Assembly: GCA_964461915.1 (NCBI GenBank)
Contig: CAYWVD010000001.1
Coordinates: 26,211-90,210 of the forward strand
Direction of reading: 5' to 3'
DNA: 64,000 bases
Source of the DNA: an uncultured Candidatus Saccharibacteria bacterium
Lineage (GTDB): Bacteria; Patescibacteriota; Dojkabacteria; B142; OLB20
How positions within the stretch are numbered: position 1 is the stretch's first letter; every line of letters starts with the position of its first letter. Of the stretch, positions 27,352-36,150 are shown one piece after another. Made by a program: the position numbers and the translations under genes. The notes beneath the pieces are model-generated. The model worked only from the letters and a program-made list of their open reading frames with translations. It did no database searches and was not told the DNA's origin.

Positions 27352-28701
27352 ATGGCAGTACAAACAGACTTAATGATGGCGATCAACCAGATTGCAGCAG
27401 AACGAAACATCAATCCCGACGAAGTTGTCGAGGCAATTAAAGAAGCAATTAAAACCGGTTTCAGAAGTGATTATCCCGAAGAACAAGACAGCGTTCTGGA
27501 TGTAGAGATAAATCCTGACGAGATTCAAGCAATTCGAGTTTATGCAAATAAGACGGTTGTAAAAGAGGTAACTACTAAAGCAACACAGATTTCCTTAACA
27601 GATGCTAAAAAAATCGAATCCAAATTAAAAGAAGGCGATGTAGTTATGGTAGATGTTACTCCTACGGGCGATTTCGGAAGAGTTGCCGCACAGGTCGCAA
27701 AGCAAGTAATATTGCAAAAAATCAGAGAGTCAGAAAAAGAAGCGATCATGAAAGAATTTGTCGATAAGATCGGTGAAATCGAATACGCTGTTGTACAAAG
27801 ATTGGATGGAGATGATGTCATCTTCGAAATCCGAAGAGCAATCGCAGTAATGCCTTTAGAAGATAGAATCCCAAATGAATTCTACAAGAGTGGTACAAGA
27901 ATGAAAGTTCTTCTAAAAGAAATTCGAATGACTACAAGAGGAAAGCAATTGATAGTCTCAAGAGCAGACAATAAATTCTTAACAGGATTGTTCAAACTCG
28001 AAGTTCCAGAGATTAGTTCCGAGATCGTTGAAATCAAAGCAATGGCCAGAGAAGCAGGCTCAAGATCAAAGGTCGCAGTTTTTTCAAAAACAGACGGAAT
28101 CGATCCAATCGGCGCATGTGTCGGTCAAAAAGGTGTCAGAATTAATGCAATTTTGAATGATTTAAAGTTTGGAAATTTTGAAGAAAAAATTGATATCATT
28201 CTTTGGAACGAAGAAATTGCAACATTTATTGCTAATTCGTTAAGCCCCGCAACTGTTTCTGAAGTTATTATCGCTGATTCCGATGCAAAAAGAGCCATAG
28301 TTTTCATTGACGATGAACAATTATCATTAGCTATCGGTAGAGATGGACAAAATGTCAGATTAGCAGCCAAATTAACAAGTTGGAACATCGACATTCACGG
28401 TCTTTCACAAAAGAAAGAAATCCTAGCTGCAGAAAAAGCTTTAAAGGGCGAAAAACCAGTTAAAGCTAAGAAAGCCGAAAAAGTTGAAAAGGCTGTTAAA
28501 GCAGAAAAAGCAGAAAAAGCAGACAAGCCAGTCAAAAAGGTCAAAAAAGCTGTGAAGAAATCTGTCAAAAAAGAAACAGTAAAAAAGGCAGTCAAAGCTG
28601 ACACAAAAAAAGAAGCTAAAACTGTAAAAAAAGCAGTCAAAAAAGTAGCTAAAAAAACTACTGAAAAGGCTACAAAAAAGACTACTAAAAAAACTAAATA
28701 A
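27352..28701 (+). CDS. nusA: Transcription termination/antitermination factor NusA with a lysine-rich, histone H1-like C-terminal tail
   Basis: NusA N-domain, then S1 (GDVVMVDVTPTGDFGRVAAQ) and KH1/KH2 (GACVGQKGVRIN; AIGRDGQNVRLA). The last roughly 95 aa are AKKAEKVEKAVKAEKAEK...KKTTKKTK. Confidence 0.9.
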   Translation: MAVQTDLMMAINQIAAERNINPDEVVEAIKEAIKTGFRSDYPEEQDSVLDVEINPDEIQAIRVYANKTVVKEVTTKATQISLTDAKKIESKLKEGDVVMVDVTPTGDFGRVAAQVAKQVILQKIRESEKEAIMKEFVDKIGEIEYAVVQRLDGDDVIFEIRRAIAVMPLEDRIPNEFYKSGTRMKVLLKEIRMTTRGKQLIVSRADNKFLTGLFKLEVPEISSEIVEIKAMAREAGSRSKVAVFSKTDGIDPIGACVGQKGVRINAILNDLKFGNFEEKIDIILWNEEIATFIANSLSPATVSEVIIADSDAKRAIVFIDDEQLSLAIGRDGQNVRLAAKLTSWNIDIHGLSQKKEILAAEKALKGEKPVKAKKAEKVEKAVKAEKAEKADKPVKKVKKAVKKSVKKETVKKAVKADTKKEAKTVKKAVKKVAKKTTEKATKKTTKKTK

Positions 28702-28712
28702 AGAATCAAATC

Positions 28713-29054
28713 ATGGCAATTCGACATGTACCAATTAGAACCTGTATAGCAACAGGCGAAAAAAGGCCAAAAAATGAAATGATCCGCTTAGTCAGATTAG
28801 ATTCTGGTGATGTGGTAATTGATCTTAAAGGGAAAGAAAAAGGCAGAGGAGCTAATCTAACACAGACTATCGAAGCTTTTGATCTAGCTGTAAAAAAGAA
28901 AATCATTACAAAGGCTTTAAAACTCGAAAAGCCACTTTCTGCGGATGAATTATCTAGTTTAAGGGAAAGATTTCTTCAAGCGATTGAAGAAAAAGCCTTT
29001 AGACAAGGCCAAAAACATGTGAAGATTAAAGTCTCTAAAGAACAATTAGACTAA
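28713..29054 (+). CDS. ylxR: YlxR/RnpM family RNA-binding protein (DUF448)
   Basis: N-terminal PIRTCIATGEKRPKNEMIRLV motif. Canonical position immediately downstream of nusA. Confidence 0.8.
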   Translation: MAIRHVPIRTCIATGEKRPKNEMIRLVRLDSGDVVIDLKGKEKGRGANLTQTIEAFDLAVKKKIITKALKLEKPLSADELSSLRERFLQAIEEKAFRQGQKHVKIKVSKEQLD

Positions 29055-29132
29055 AACACTAAAACTAAAGGAGTTTAATATTAGATTATTCGTTTTTTTT
29101 AATTTATACTGTTTAGCATATTAATCTGAAAA

Positions 29133-29822
29133 ATGTTATTAAGCATCATTATCCCTTGCCTTAACGAAAGAGATTATCTTCCGAAAATCTTAGAAAAAAT
29201 CGAACAAGTCGATTTAGGTGATCATAAAAAGCAAATCATCATTGTAGATGATGGCTCAACAGATGGAACTCCCGATGTAATTAAAGATAAATTCCCTCAA
29301 TATCAATTAATCATTCTCGATAAAAATTACGGTAAAGCCCATGCCATCCGTGAAGGATTAAAGTATGTCCTTGGTGATATTGTATTAATTCAAGATGCTG
29401 ATCTTGAATATGATCCATTTGACTATCCTAAACTTATCGAGCCCTTTGTAAAAGAAGGCGCTAAAGTTGTTTATGGATCAAGGATATTAGGCAAAGACAA
29501 TGGAAAAAGTAGCGAACTTTATTACTGGGGCGGTAGGTTCATTAGCTTGGTGACTAATATTATTTATGGGTCAAAAATTACCGATGAGTCAACCGGATAC
29601 AAGGTCTTCGATAAAGACCTACTACTAAGTTTAGGGGTGGATTCTGAAGGTTTTGAATTTTGTCCAGAAGTTACAGGAAAATTATTAAAACAGAAGATCA
29701 AAATATTTGAAGTTCCAATAAAGTATTATCCACGAAGTCGTGAAGAAGGTAAAAAGATTAATGCTGTTAAAGATGGCCTAAAAGCTGTTTGGACACTATT
29801 AAAAATTAGATTTCAAAAATAA
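29133..29822 (+). CDS. GT2 polyprenyl-phosphate glycosyltransferase (Dpm1/GtrB/ArnC-like)
   Basis: SIIIPCLNE...IIVDDGSTDGT...DADL motifs. 229 aa, soluble GT-A. Its stop codon overlaps the start of the downstream GT-C gene (ATGA). Confidence 0.8.
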   Translation: MLLSIIIPCLNERDYLPKILEKIEQVDLGDHKKQIIIVDDGSTDGTPDVIKDKFPQYQLIILDKNYGKAHAIREGLKYVLGDIVLIQDADLEYDPFDYPKLIEPFVKEGAKVVYGSRILGKDNGKSSELYYWGGRFISLVTNIIYGSKITDESTGYKVFDKDLLLSLGVDSEGFEFCPEVTGKLLKQKIKIFEVPIKYYPRSREEGKKINAVKDGLKAVWTLLKIRFQK

Positions 29823-31432
29823 TGAAATTTTTCAAGAAATATTGGATTGATTTACTGGTTGTTGTTTTATCCTTCTTCTTTTTATACTTCTTTGTTGTTG
29901 TGCGAGCTCCCATTTGTATGGATGAGTTTTCACAATATCATCCAATAATTTGTGCGCATTACGAAGGCAATAAATTAAATATCTTCCGTGAAGCCTGCGG
30001 GATGTACGATTTAAAAATTCCCGGGACCGAAACTTTTTTACCTCTAAGGTCGTATGGCTATGGTGGAAGCTTGTCGTCGTTACTATACTATCCTTTCTTT
30101 TTAATCTGGCAAAGTCCATACTCGGCTAGGGCTATAGGCTTTTTATTTGTATTAATTCAGGCGTACTTCTTATCAAAGCTATTAAGGTTTAAATTTCGAA
30201 ATGCATTATTGGGCATTGTTTTATTCTTCCCGTATATTTACCAAATATTAATTGATACCGGCATAATCCAGTTCTATACGACCGCGATAATTATGGTGGT
30301 GTACTTTATTCAACAATGGTTTATAACTTTTAAAAATCGATATATTTATTTAGTGGGCTTATTCTTGTTTTTGTTATTCTTTGCAAGACTTTCATTTGGC
30401 TTTGGATTTCCTGCCTTAATAGTTGTTTTCATCTATTTTGGAATACGAAATTATGACCATTGGCGTAGAAGATGGAAGAGTATGCTTATGGCTGGAATTG
30501 TTGCTGTAATAATAATGATCATTCCGAGCGCTTTGTATTTGTTCTCGATTGGGAATGATGGCACTCAACAAATAGTTGCAGAATTAACGACAAAAAGTGT
30601 ATCACATACTCTTGTGGAAATGCTTAATCCGAGGACATACATTGACAGTATTATTCTTAGAAGATTCTTAAATCCACTTGAAGCTACCGATCGAGGATTT
30701 GTAATGGGGAATATTAATATTATAGGATTAATATATTCATTTATCCTTTTTGGAGTCCCACTTATTTTTTTCGTTAAATCATTTATTGAAAAGAAAATTT
30801 TAAAGAGAGTAATGGTTAGATTCAACTATCTGAGTATGATTTTTTACCTGGCTTTTATATTAACCTGTTTTTTCCTTTTTAAAACAGAATCGTCGAGGTT
30901 TATGCATCACGCAATGATGGCTTATCCATTCTTGTTACTAAGCTGGGGATTTTTGATAAATGATATAAAAGCTATAACCAAAAATTTTTTTAACATTTTA
31001 ATTGTAATATTTTTAGGATTTAATCTTTTTTATTTTTTCACATATTCAAATCAGCAACCACAGAATCCAAATGATAAAAGTAAGGAATATATTCACGAGA
31101 TACTTAATAACGATTATCTATCTTCGAGATATTTTTACTTACATGTAAATTGGGGGACATACTTCTATCAAGGATTGTATGGGCCAAAAGATCAAAGTAA
31201 TCTTTATTTTGAATCTTTTTTCTCTGATAATGCTTTATTAGAAAGGCTTTTAATGTATCCCGATCAATATAATAAAGAATTCCTCATTATCTACAATAAA
31301 AAAGTGCCTTCATCCTTTGAATTAATAAATTCAACTTTACCAAGTTTGGTAGAATGTAACAGGACCAAAGGCTTTGAAATTTGGGGGATACTAATGCCTC
31401 AAGATAACAATCCGGAAAACCCTTGCAGATAG
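29822..31432 (+). CDS. Polytopic membrane protein, putative GT-C glycosyltransferase partnered with the upstream Dpm1-like GT2
   Basis: 536 aa with more than 10 predicted TM helices. Translationally coupled to the GT2 gene. Confidence 0.5.
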   Translation: MKFFKKYWIDLLVVVLSFFFLYFFVVVRAPICMDEFSQYHPIICAHYEGNKLNIFREACGMYDLKIPGTETFLPLRSYGYGGSLSSLLYYPFFLIWQSPYSARAIGFLFVLIQAYFLSKLLRFKFRNALLGIVLFFPYIYQILIDTGIIQFYTTAIIMVVYFIQQWFITFKNRYIYLVGLFLFLLFFARLSFGFGFPALIVVFIYFGIRNYDHWRRRWKSMLMAGIVAVIIMIIPSALYLFSIGNDGTQQIVAELTTKSVSHTLVEMLNPRTYIDSIILRRFLNPLEATDRGFVMGNINIIGLIYSFILFGVPLIFFVKSFIEKKILKRVMVRFNYLSMIFYLAFILTCFFLFKTESSRFMHHAMMAYPFLLLSWGFLINDIKAITKNFFNILIVIFLGFNLFYFFTYSNQQPQNPNDKSKEYIHEILNNDYLSSRYFYLHVNWGTYFYQGLYGPKDQSNLYFESFFSDNALLERLLMYPDQYNKEFLIIYNKKVPSSFELINSTLPSLVECNRTKGFEIWGILMPQDNNPENPCR

Positions 31433-31449
31433 TAGATAGTAGAAGTGGC

Positions 31450-32394
31450 TTATTGAATATTTGCGATTGCTTTTTTAAAGAATTCTTTTACCTTAAATAG
31501 TGAAGCGTCGTCAATTGCTGAACAGCTTATAGTTGGGAATCCTGCTTTTTCGAATTTCTTGATAGATTCATTTATATGTTTTTCGTTCGATTCGTCAGTT
31601 TTTGTTAAGACTATTACCTCAGGCTTTTGAGCAAGCTTTTCATCAATTGCTTCAATTTCTTTCCTCAAAGATTTATACAAGGCCATGGGGTCTTCATTTT
31701 CAAGGCTGATAATATGAGCAATCATTTTGCAGCTTTCGGTGTGTTTTACAAATTTTTTGCCTAAACCTTTTCCTTCGGATGTTCCTTCGATAAGGCCTGG
31801 CAAATCCATCAAAACTATGCCGTCCATTAGGCCTAATTGGGGTTCAAGGGTTGTAAAAGCATAAGGGGCGACCTTATATTTTGATTGGGCTAGGGCGTTA
31901 AGTAGGCTCGATTTTCCTGCGTTTGGATAACCAACAAAAATTATGTCTGATTGTAATTTTAATACTAGCGTAATTTCTTTAGTTCGACCTTCTTCGCCTT
32001 CATTTGTGAGTTTGTCGTCTTGGAGCTTTTCAAGTGTGATGTTTCCAAATCCGCCCCTGCCACCCTTTAGAACTTTAATGACTTCGTCATGCTTGGTGAC
32101 TTTGAAGGGGACTCGGTTCCCTATATGAACTTCCGTTAAAATCGGAACAGTTAGAACAATATCTTTTCCATCAGATCCGGATTTTCTTCGCTTGGCGCCA
32201 TCTTCTCCTCGTTCAGCTGAAAAAGTCCTGCCTTCATCGAATGAAGCGAGGTCATAGACATTTTCTGATCCTTTAAGGTAAATATTTCCGCCGTAGCCAC
32301 CGTCTCCGCCAGATAGATGCTTAAGATTGACGGCATTTGAACCTCTCCCGCCTCTACCGGATTTAATTGTGATTGTTACACGATCTTTTAACAT
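31450..32394 (-). CDS. obg: GTPase Obg (short form lacking the C-terminal OCT/TGS domain)
   Basis: Obg fold N-terminal Gly-rich domain (SGRGGRGS..GGDGGYGGN). G1 GYPNAGKSSLLNAL and G3 DLPGLIEG. Only 314 aa. Confidence 0.9.
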   Translation of the reverse strand: MLKDRVTITIKSGRGGRGSNAVNLKHLSGGDGGYGGNIYLKGSENVYDLASFDEGRTFSAERGEDGAKRRKSGSDGKDIVLTVPILTEVHIGNRVPFKVTKHDEVIKVLKGGRGGFGNITLEKLQDDKLTNEGEEGRTKEITLVLKLQSDIIFVGYPNAGKSSLLNALAQSKYKVAPYAFTTLEPQLGLMDGIVLMDLPGLIEGTSEGKGLGKKFVKHTESCKMIAHIISLENEDPMALYKSLRKEIEAIDEKLAQKPEVIVLTKTDESNEKHINESIKKFEKAGFPTISCSAIDDASLFKVKEFFKKAIANIQ

Positions 32395-32413
32395 CGTAAG
32401 AAACTTTATTCTT

Positions 32414-33103
32414 TTACTTCAGAAGTTCTGGATCCTCATCGGATTCTTCATCAGAATCATCGTTGTCGTCAGAGTCATCATCATTATCATCATCATCATC
32501 ATCATCATCATCAGAGTCTTTATCGTCTTCATCTTTAAAATCATCTTCTTTAGATTTTTCATTTAGCTCATTGTCGAGATCCTCGTTAGAGTCAACCTTT
32601 TCGGCGATTTCATCGGATTCGAGTAGTTTTTCGGCTTCTGTAAGATCTTCATCTTTTGTAGCTTCGAAATCATCTTTGGAGACTTTGATTGAAACGCTTT
32701 CAATTTTTAATGCGTTCATAATCATAGTGATTTTGTCATTCATCGAGGTGATTTGGGTTTTCATTGCCTCAACATCTTTTTTGATGTCTTTGATCCCTGG
32801 AGAATCGACATATTTTTCATATTTTTTACTTGAAGCAGGTTTATCAAATCTTGGTTTATCGAATCTAGGTCTATCAAATTGAGGTCTGTCAAAACTTCTA
32901 TTATCTCTTAATCCAGCTTGTTCGCCACGCTTTTCAAAGCAATTACTACAAAAGATCGGTTTACCGCTTGTAGGTTTAAAAGGGACCTCGCATCTATCAC
33001 CGCATTCATCGCAAACGGCTTGAAACATTTGAGGTCTATCTGAATTGCCTCGATCTCTAAATCCTCGGTCGGGTCTTCTGGAAAATCTATCAAAATTACG
33101 CAT
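32414..33103 (-). CDS. Zinc-ribbon protein (CxxC-x17-CxxC) with FD(R/K)P(R/Q) pentapeptide repeats and a long poly-Asp/acidic C-terminal tail
   Basis: CDECGDRCEVPFKPTSGKPIFCSNCF, then RSFDRPQFDRPRFDKPRFDKP, then a C-terminal DSDDDDDDDDNDDDSDDNDDSDEESDEDPE. Confidence 0.55.
   Translation of the reverse strand: MRNFDRFSRRPDRGFRDRGNSDRPQMFQAVCDECGDRCEVPFKPTSGKPIFCSNCFEKRGEQAGLRDNRSFDRPQFDRPRFDKPRFDKPASSKKYEKYVDSPGIKDIKKDVEAMKTQITSMNDKITMIMNALKIESVSIKVSKDDFEATKDEDLTEAEKLLESDEIAEKVDSNEDLDNELNEKSKEDDFKDEDDKDSDDDDDDDDDNDDDSDDNDDSDEESDEDPELLK
32475..32513. repeat. (ATC)n / (GAT)n trinucleotide microsatellite of about 12 units encoding the poly-Asp tract
   Basis: gtcatcatcattatcatcatcatcatcatcatcatcatca, read directly from the sequence. 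Confidence 0.9.
32838..32897. repeat. Four tandem 15-bp repeats (ggt[ct]tatc[ag]aat...) encoding the FDxPx pentapeptide repeats
   Basis: Units at 32838-32852, 32853-32867, 32868-32882 and 32883-32897. Confidence 0.75.
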
Positions 33104-33258
33104 GGGAATATATAACTGAAATATAATAAATATATTGTAAACTAATTTGAGGGCAATAGCAAGGAAACATCGTGCAGAATGGCATAATAAAATTTTTTCT
33201 TTGCCATTATTAAATAAATTTATGTTCTGATATAATGATTATTGTTAAAAAGTTAGAT

Positions 33259-33330
33259 GGCCCTATCGTCTAACGGTTAGGACACAAGGTTCTCAACTTT
33301 GCGATCGGAGTTCGATTCTCCGTAGGGTCA
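33259..33330 (+). tRNA. tRNA-Glu (anticodon CUC). CCA is not encoded.
   Basis: A cloverleaf can be drawn by hand. Acceptor GGCCCTA/TAGGGTC has one G-U pair. D-loop TAACGGTTAGGAC. Anticodon stem CAAGG/CTTTG with loop TTCTCAA (CTC at 33292-33294). T-arm CGGAG-TTCGATT-CTCCG. Discriminator A. Confidence 0.8.
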
Positions 33331-33333
33331 TAC

Positions 33334-33362
33334 AAAAAGGGTATCGCAAGATACCCTTTTTG
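33334..33362. terminator. Bidirectional Rho-independent terminator
   Basis: AAAAAGGGTATC-GCAA-GATACCCTTTTTG: a GC-containing 7-bp core stem flanked by an A5 and a T5 tract. It lies between the tRNA and the convergent 33505..34476 gene. Confidence 0.7.
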
Positions 33363-33504
33363 TATGACGTCAACCTTGGGAGAACTGACGGTTCGACAAT
33401 GAAGGGTTAGCGAAAACGAACAAAGTAAAGTTTGAGCTTACCTGAATTGATACTGAGCTTTACAAATGCTTTAGCAGTTGTTAGCGAAGTGATTCTCCCT
33501 AGTT

Positions 33505-34476
33505 TTATATTTCTGAAATCACATCAAAACCTTTATAACTACCAGCAATAGTTAGGCCATAAGTGTTTTTTGCAATTTTATTGGTTATAATTTTTTTTGC
33601 GGTTTCGTTTAGTGTAGCACCTGATCCTGTAGCATCATCAATTAATAGAACATTTTTAAATATTCCCTTTTCTTCAATCATAATTGTGTTTTTTGCATTA
33701 GCAATTCTATCTTTGATTTTACTCAAAGTTTTTTGTGGCACAATGATTTCAGTTTTAACTTTTGTAATAGTTATTTTCGGCAAAGTCAGATTTAAATTCT
33801 TCTCAAGCTCTTTCATAAACTGAACTTCTCTTTTTATAGTTGGGGGAATGTAACCAATTGCATCGATTCTATATTTCTTAATGACATAATCGATCGATCC
33901 TTTAGTTATATCTGTAATTTCTCTTATTCTCTTTTTATCTTGACTTTGTTTTGCGTAAAGTAATAGCTGACCAAGCTTGGTTTTTCCAAATTGTGGGATA
34001 GAATAAAAGTCTACATAAAATACTTTTGTAAGAAAATTCTCTTCAAAAGATTTAACGAACTTTTCAGTCGCAATAATTACTTTATTAGTTTTGTTTTTAT
34101 AAACTTCTGCAAGAACTTTTGAATAATGTTTTACCTGCTTATTAGGATCAAGATCCCTTTCCTCACACCATTTTACAAAACCATCTAGTCCTACGAGATA
34201 TTTTCCAAGAGGTGTAATATAGAGAAAGGTTTCTTCGATTTGTTTTGCCTCTAGAGGGTTGGCTTTGAGTAGGATCTTTTCATCATTAATCTCATCGTTA
34301 ATTTTGTAAAATACTTTTGGAGGTTTACCGATCTTTTTTAGTTTACCTTCAGTAATTAATTTAGCTAGCTGTTTAAAAACAGCTCTTTCTGATATCTCTA
34401 GATAATCTGTAAGCTGCTTTGCCGAAGCCTCTTTCACTTTTTCAATATATTGAATTATTTTTATAGATGTTTTCAT
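33505..34476 (-). CDS. Winged-HTH plus phosphoribosyltransferase (PRTase type I) domain protein
   Basis: N-terminal wHTH (SAKQLTDYLEISERAVFKQLAKL). C-terminal PRPP-binding motif VLLIDDATGSGATL. 323 aa. Confidence 0.55.
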   Translation of the reverse strand: MKTSIKIIQYIEKVKEASAKQLTDYLEISERAVFKQLAKLITEGKLKKIGKPPKVFYKINDEINDEKILLKANPLEAKQIEETFLYITPLGKYLVGLDGFVKWCEERDLDPNKQVKHYSKVLAEVYKNKTNKVIIATEKFVKSFEENFLTKVFYVDFYSIPQFGKTKLGQLLLYAKQSQDKKRIREITDITKGSIDYVIKKYRIDAIGYIPPTIKREVQFMKELEKNLNLTLPKITITKVKTEIIVPQKTLSKIKDRIANAKNTIMIEEKGIFKNVLLIDDATGSGATLNETAKKIITNKIAKNTYGLTIAGSYKGFDVISEI

Positions 34477-34807
34477 AATGAAAGTATATCACAAAAAGGT
34501 TCATAGTTCACCCTATACCCTGAACTTTTTACGGGCTACTAGGAAAAATTCAAAGTACCATAAATCGACTAAAATTATCCTAAAAATTTTCCGTCTCTTT
34601 ATAGGGGCAAAAACAATTCTGAAAAGCTACAATTAGATACCATTAGATAGTCGTAGTTATTCTGTCAACTTATCAGCAAGTATTGGCAAAAATTGATAAA
34701 TTTAAATAAGCAATTATTTCCGAAAATACCCTAATATCTGCTAAAATCTTTAAAACGAAGTTGGTTTTATTGCTCTGTAGGGAAATACTAAATATTATTT
34801 TCAAAAA

Positions 34808-35173
34808 ATGAATCAAATGGCTTCTTATCATGGTATTATTTTAGATTCAGCATTTGAAGATCCAAACTATCCTTATTCTTTCAAGATTTTTGCTAAACGA
34901 AAAAGTACGACTAATCCTTGGATTTTAATTGGGATAGAAATAAAGGAATCCGAACTTGAAAAATCAATATCGGATATTCAACTTAACATGAAGTCTGATA
35001 AACCCTATTACTCTCACTTATATAATGATGAAGATCTCGTAGTTATATTTAAAAACAAAGTTTTCAAAGTTAAATCCCATTCATCCACATGGAAGCCAAT
35101 TATTGAGTATGGGCAACTTTTTTGGAATCCCAAAAGAACAATTGGATTTTTGGCCCAATCGTGTTCAAGATGA
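34808..35173 (+). CDS. Hypothetical protein (121 aa)
   Basis: ORF with a plausible start. No recognisable domain. Upstream of the DUF1704-like gene. Confidence 0.35.
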   Translation: MNQMASYHGIILDSAFEDPNYPYSFKIFAKRKSTTNPWILIGIEIKESELEKSISDIQLNMKSDKPYYSHLYNDEDLVVIFKNKVFKVKSHSSTWKPIIEYGQLFWNPKRTIGFLAQSCSR

Positions 35174-35214
35174 GATTCGTTATTTCAAATCGGAAGAATT
35201 TTTAAACTAACTAA

Positions 35215-36147
35215 ATGAATCTTATTAAATACATAACCCCAATTAACTTGCTTGAAGAAAAGCAAAAGTTTTTTGCTGATGATAAATACAATCCTGTTTT
35301 TAAATACTTTTGGCAAATTGAACAACAGGATTTTGTTGACGATGGTACTTTAAAGGCTCAGCTTGTAAAGGCCATTATTGAAAATAATCCTGAAAAAATA
35401 ATCCTTGCTGCAAAAGCTTATTTTGGAATTTCTGAATTTGAATTTTTAAATAAAGCCTTACAAATCACTGCTGTAAAACCGCAACCTTTAGGCGAAATGA
35501 AGCCCGAGGATTTTGTGGCTGGGTTTTTGGAAGCTTATAAAGCCTTAGGTCTTGATGAATACACCATAAGGGTTGTCGATGATCATGGATTCAATTTCCG
35601 CCCTTCGGTAAATAAAAAAGAGGTCGTATTTTCAAGACATGCAAATTTTCAATTCTTTGATGTCGAAAGTGAAGTCCGACATGAGCTTGCGCATATTATA
35701 CGATTTGAAAATGGGAAGTTTAATAAAATCATAAAGTCAGACGATTACATTCAAACTGAAGAAGGTTTGGCGACTTTGATGTCAGATACAGGGGGAAATG
35801 GTCATGCGGCCGAATTCCAACATGCAGCGGAATATATCTCAAGCAAGATCGGGCTAGATGGATCTTTAAGAGATATTTTCAATTATCTCAAAAGTATCGG
35901 ATTTAATGATGATCTAGCATGGCAAAGAGCTTCCAGACATAAGTTCGGATTCATTGATACGGGCAAGCCGGGTGACATTTTAAAGCCGGCAATATATTTT
36001 TCTAATGCTGAAAAATTGAAAAAACTTAGTAAAGACGAAATAATAAAATTGTTTATTGGGAGGATTTCTGTTTCAGACCTTTTAAACTACCCTGAATACA
36101 AAGGCAGGATAAGACTAGATAAGCTTATACAATTTTATAATTTCTAA
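35215..36147 (+). CDS. DUF1704/MATCAP-like putative Zn-metallopeptidase (HExxH plus 'QEGLA'-type motif)
   Basis: HELAH (EVRHELAHIIRFENG) followed about 25 aa later by TEEGLA. This resembles the 'flavohemoglobin expression-modulating QEGLA motif' family (TIGR02421), which shares DUF1704 with eukaryotic MATCAP. Confidence 0.45.
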   Translation: MNLIKYITPINLLEEKQKFFADDKYNPVFKYFWQIEQQDFVDDGTLKAQLVKAIIENNPEKIILAAKAYFGISEFEFLNKALQITAVKPQPLGEMKPEDFVAGFLEAYKALGLDEYTIRVVDDHGFNFRPSVNKKEVVFSRHANFQFFDVESEVRHELAHIIRFENGKFNKIIKSDDYIQTEEGLATLMSDTGGNGHAAEFQHAAEYISSKIGLDGSLRDIFNYLKSIGFNDDLAWQRASRHKFGFIDTGKPGDILKPAIYFSNAEKLKKLSKDEIIKLFIGRISVSDLLNYPEYKGRIRLDKLIQFYNF

Positions 36148-36150
36148 AAT

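Noticed and set aside
32327-32882. Plus-strand ORFs 32327..32566 (poly-Ile) and 32463..32882 (poly-Ser)
   Set aside because: These are artefacts of reading the (ATC)n microsatellite and acidic-tail codons on the opposite strand of the 32414..33103 gene.
33363-33504. The 142-nt spacer after the tRNA-Glu terminator, as a possible small RNA (tmRNA, SRP or 6S)
   Set aside because: No conserved SRP (GGAAGCAGCC-type) or tmRNA tRNA-like or tag-reading-frame features could be found by eye. It is left as unassigned spacer, although an Rfam scan would be cheap.
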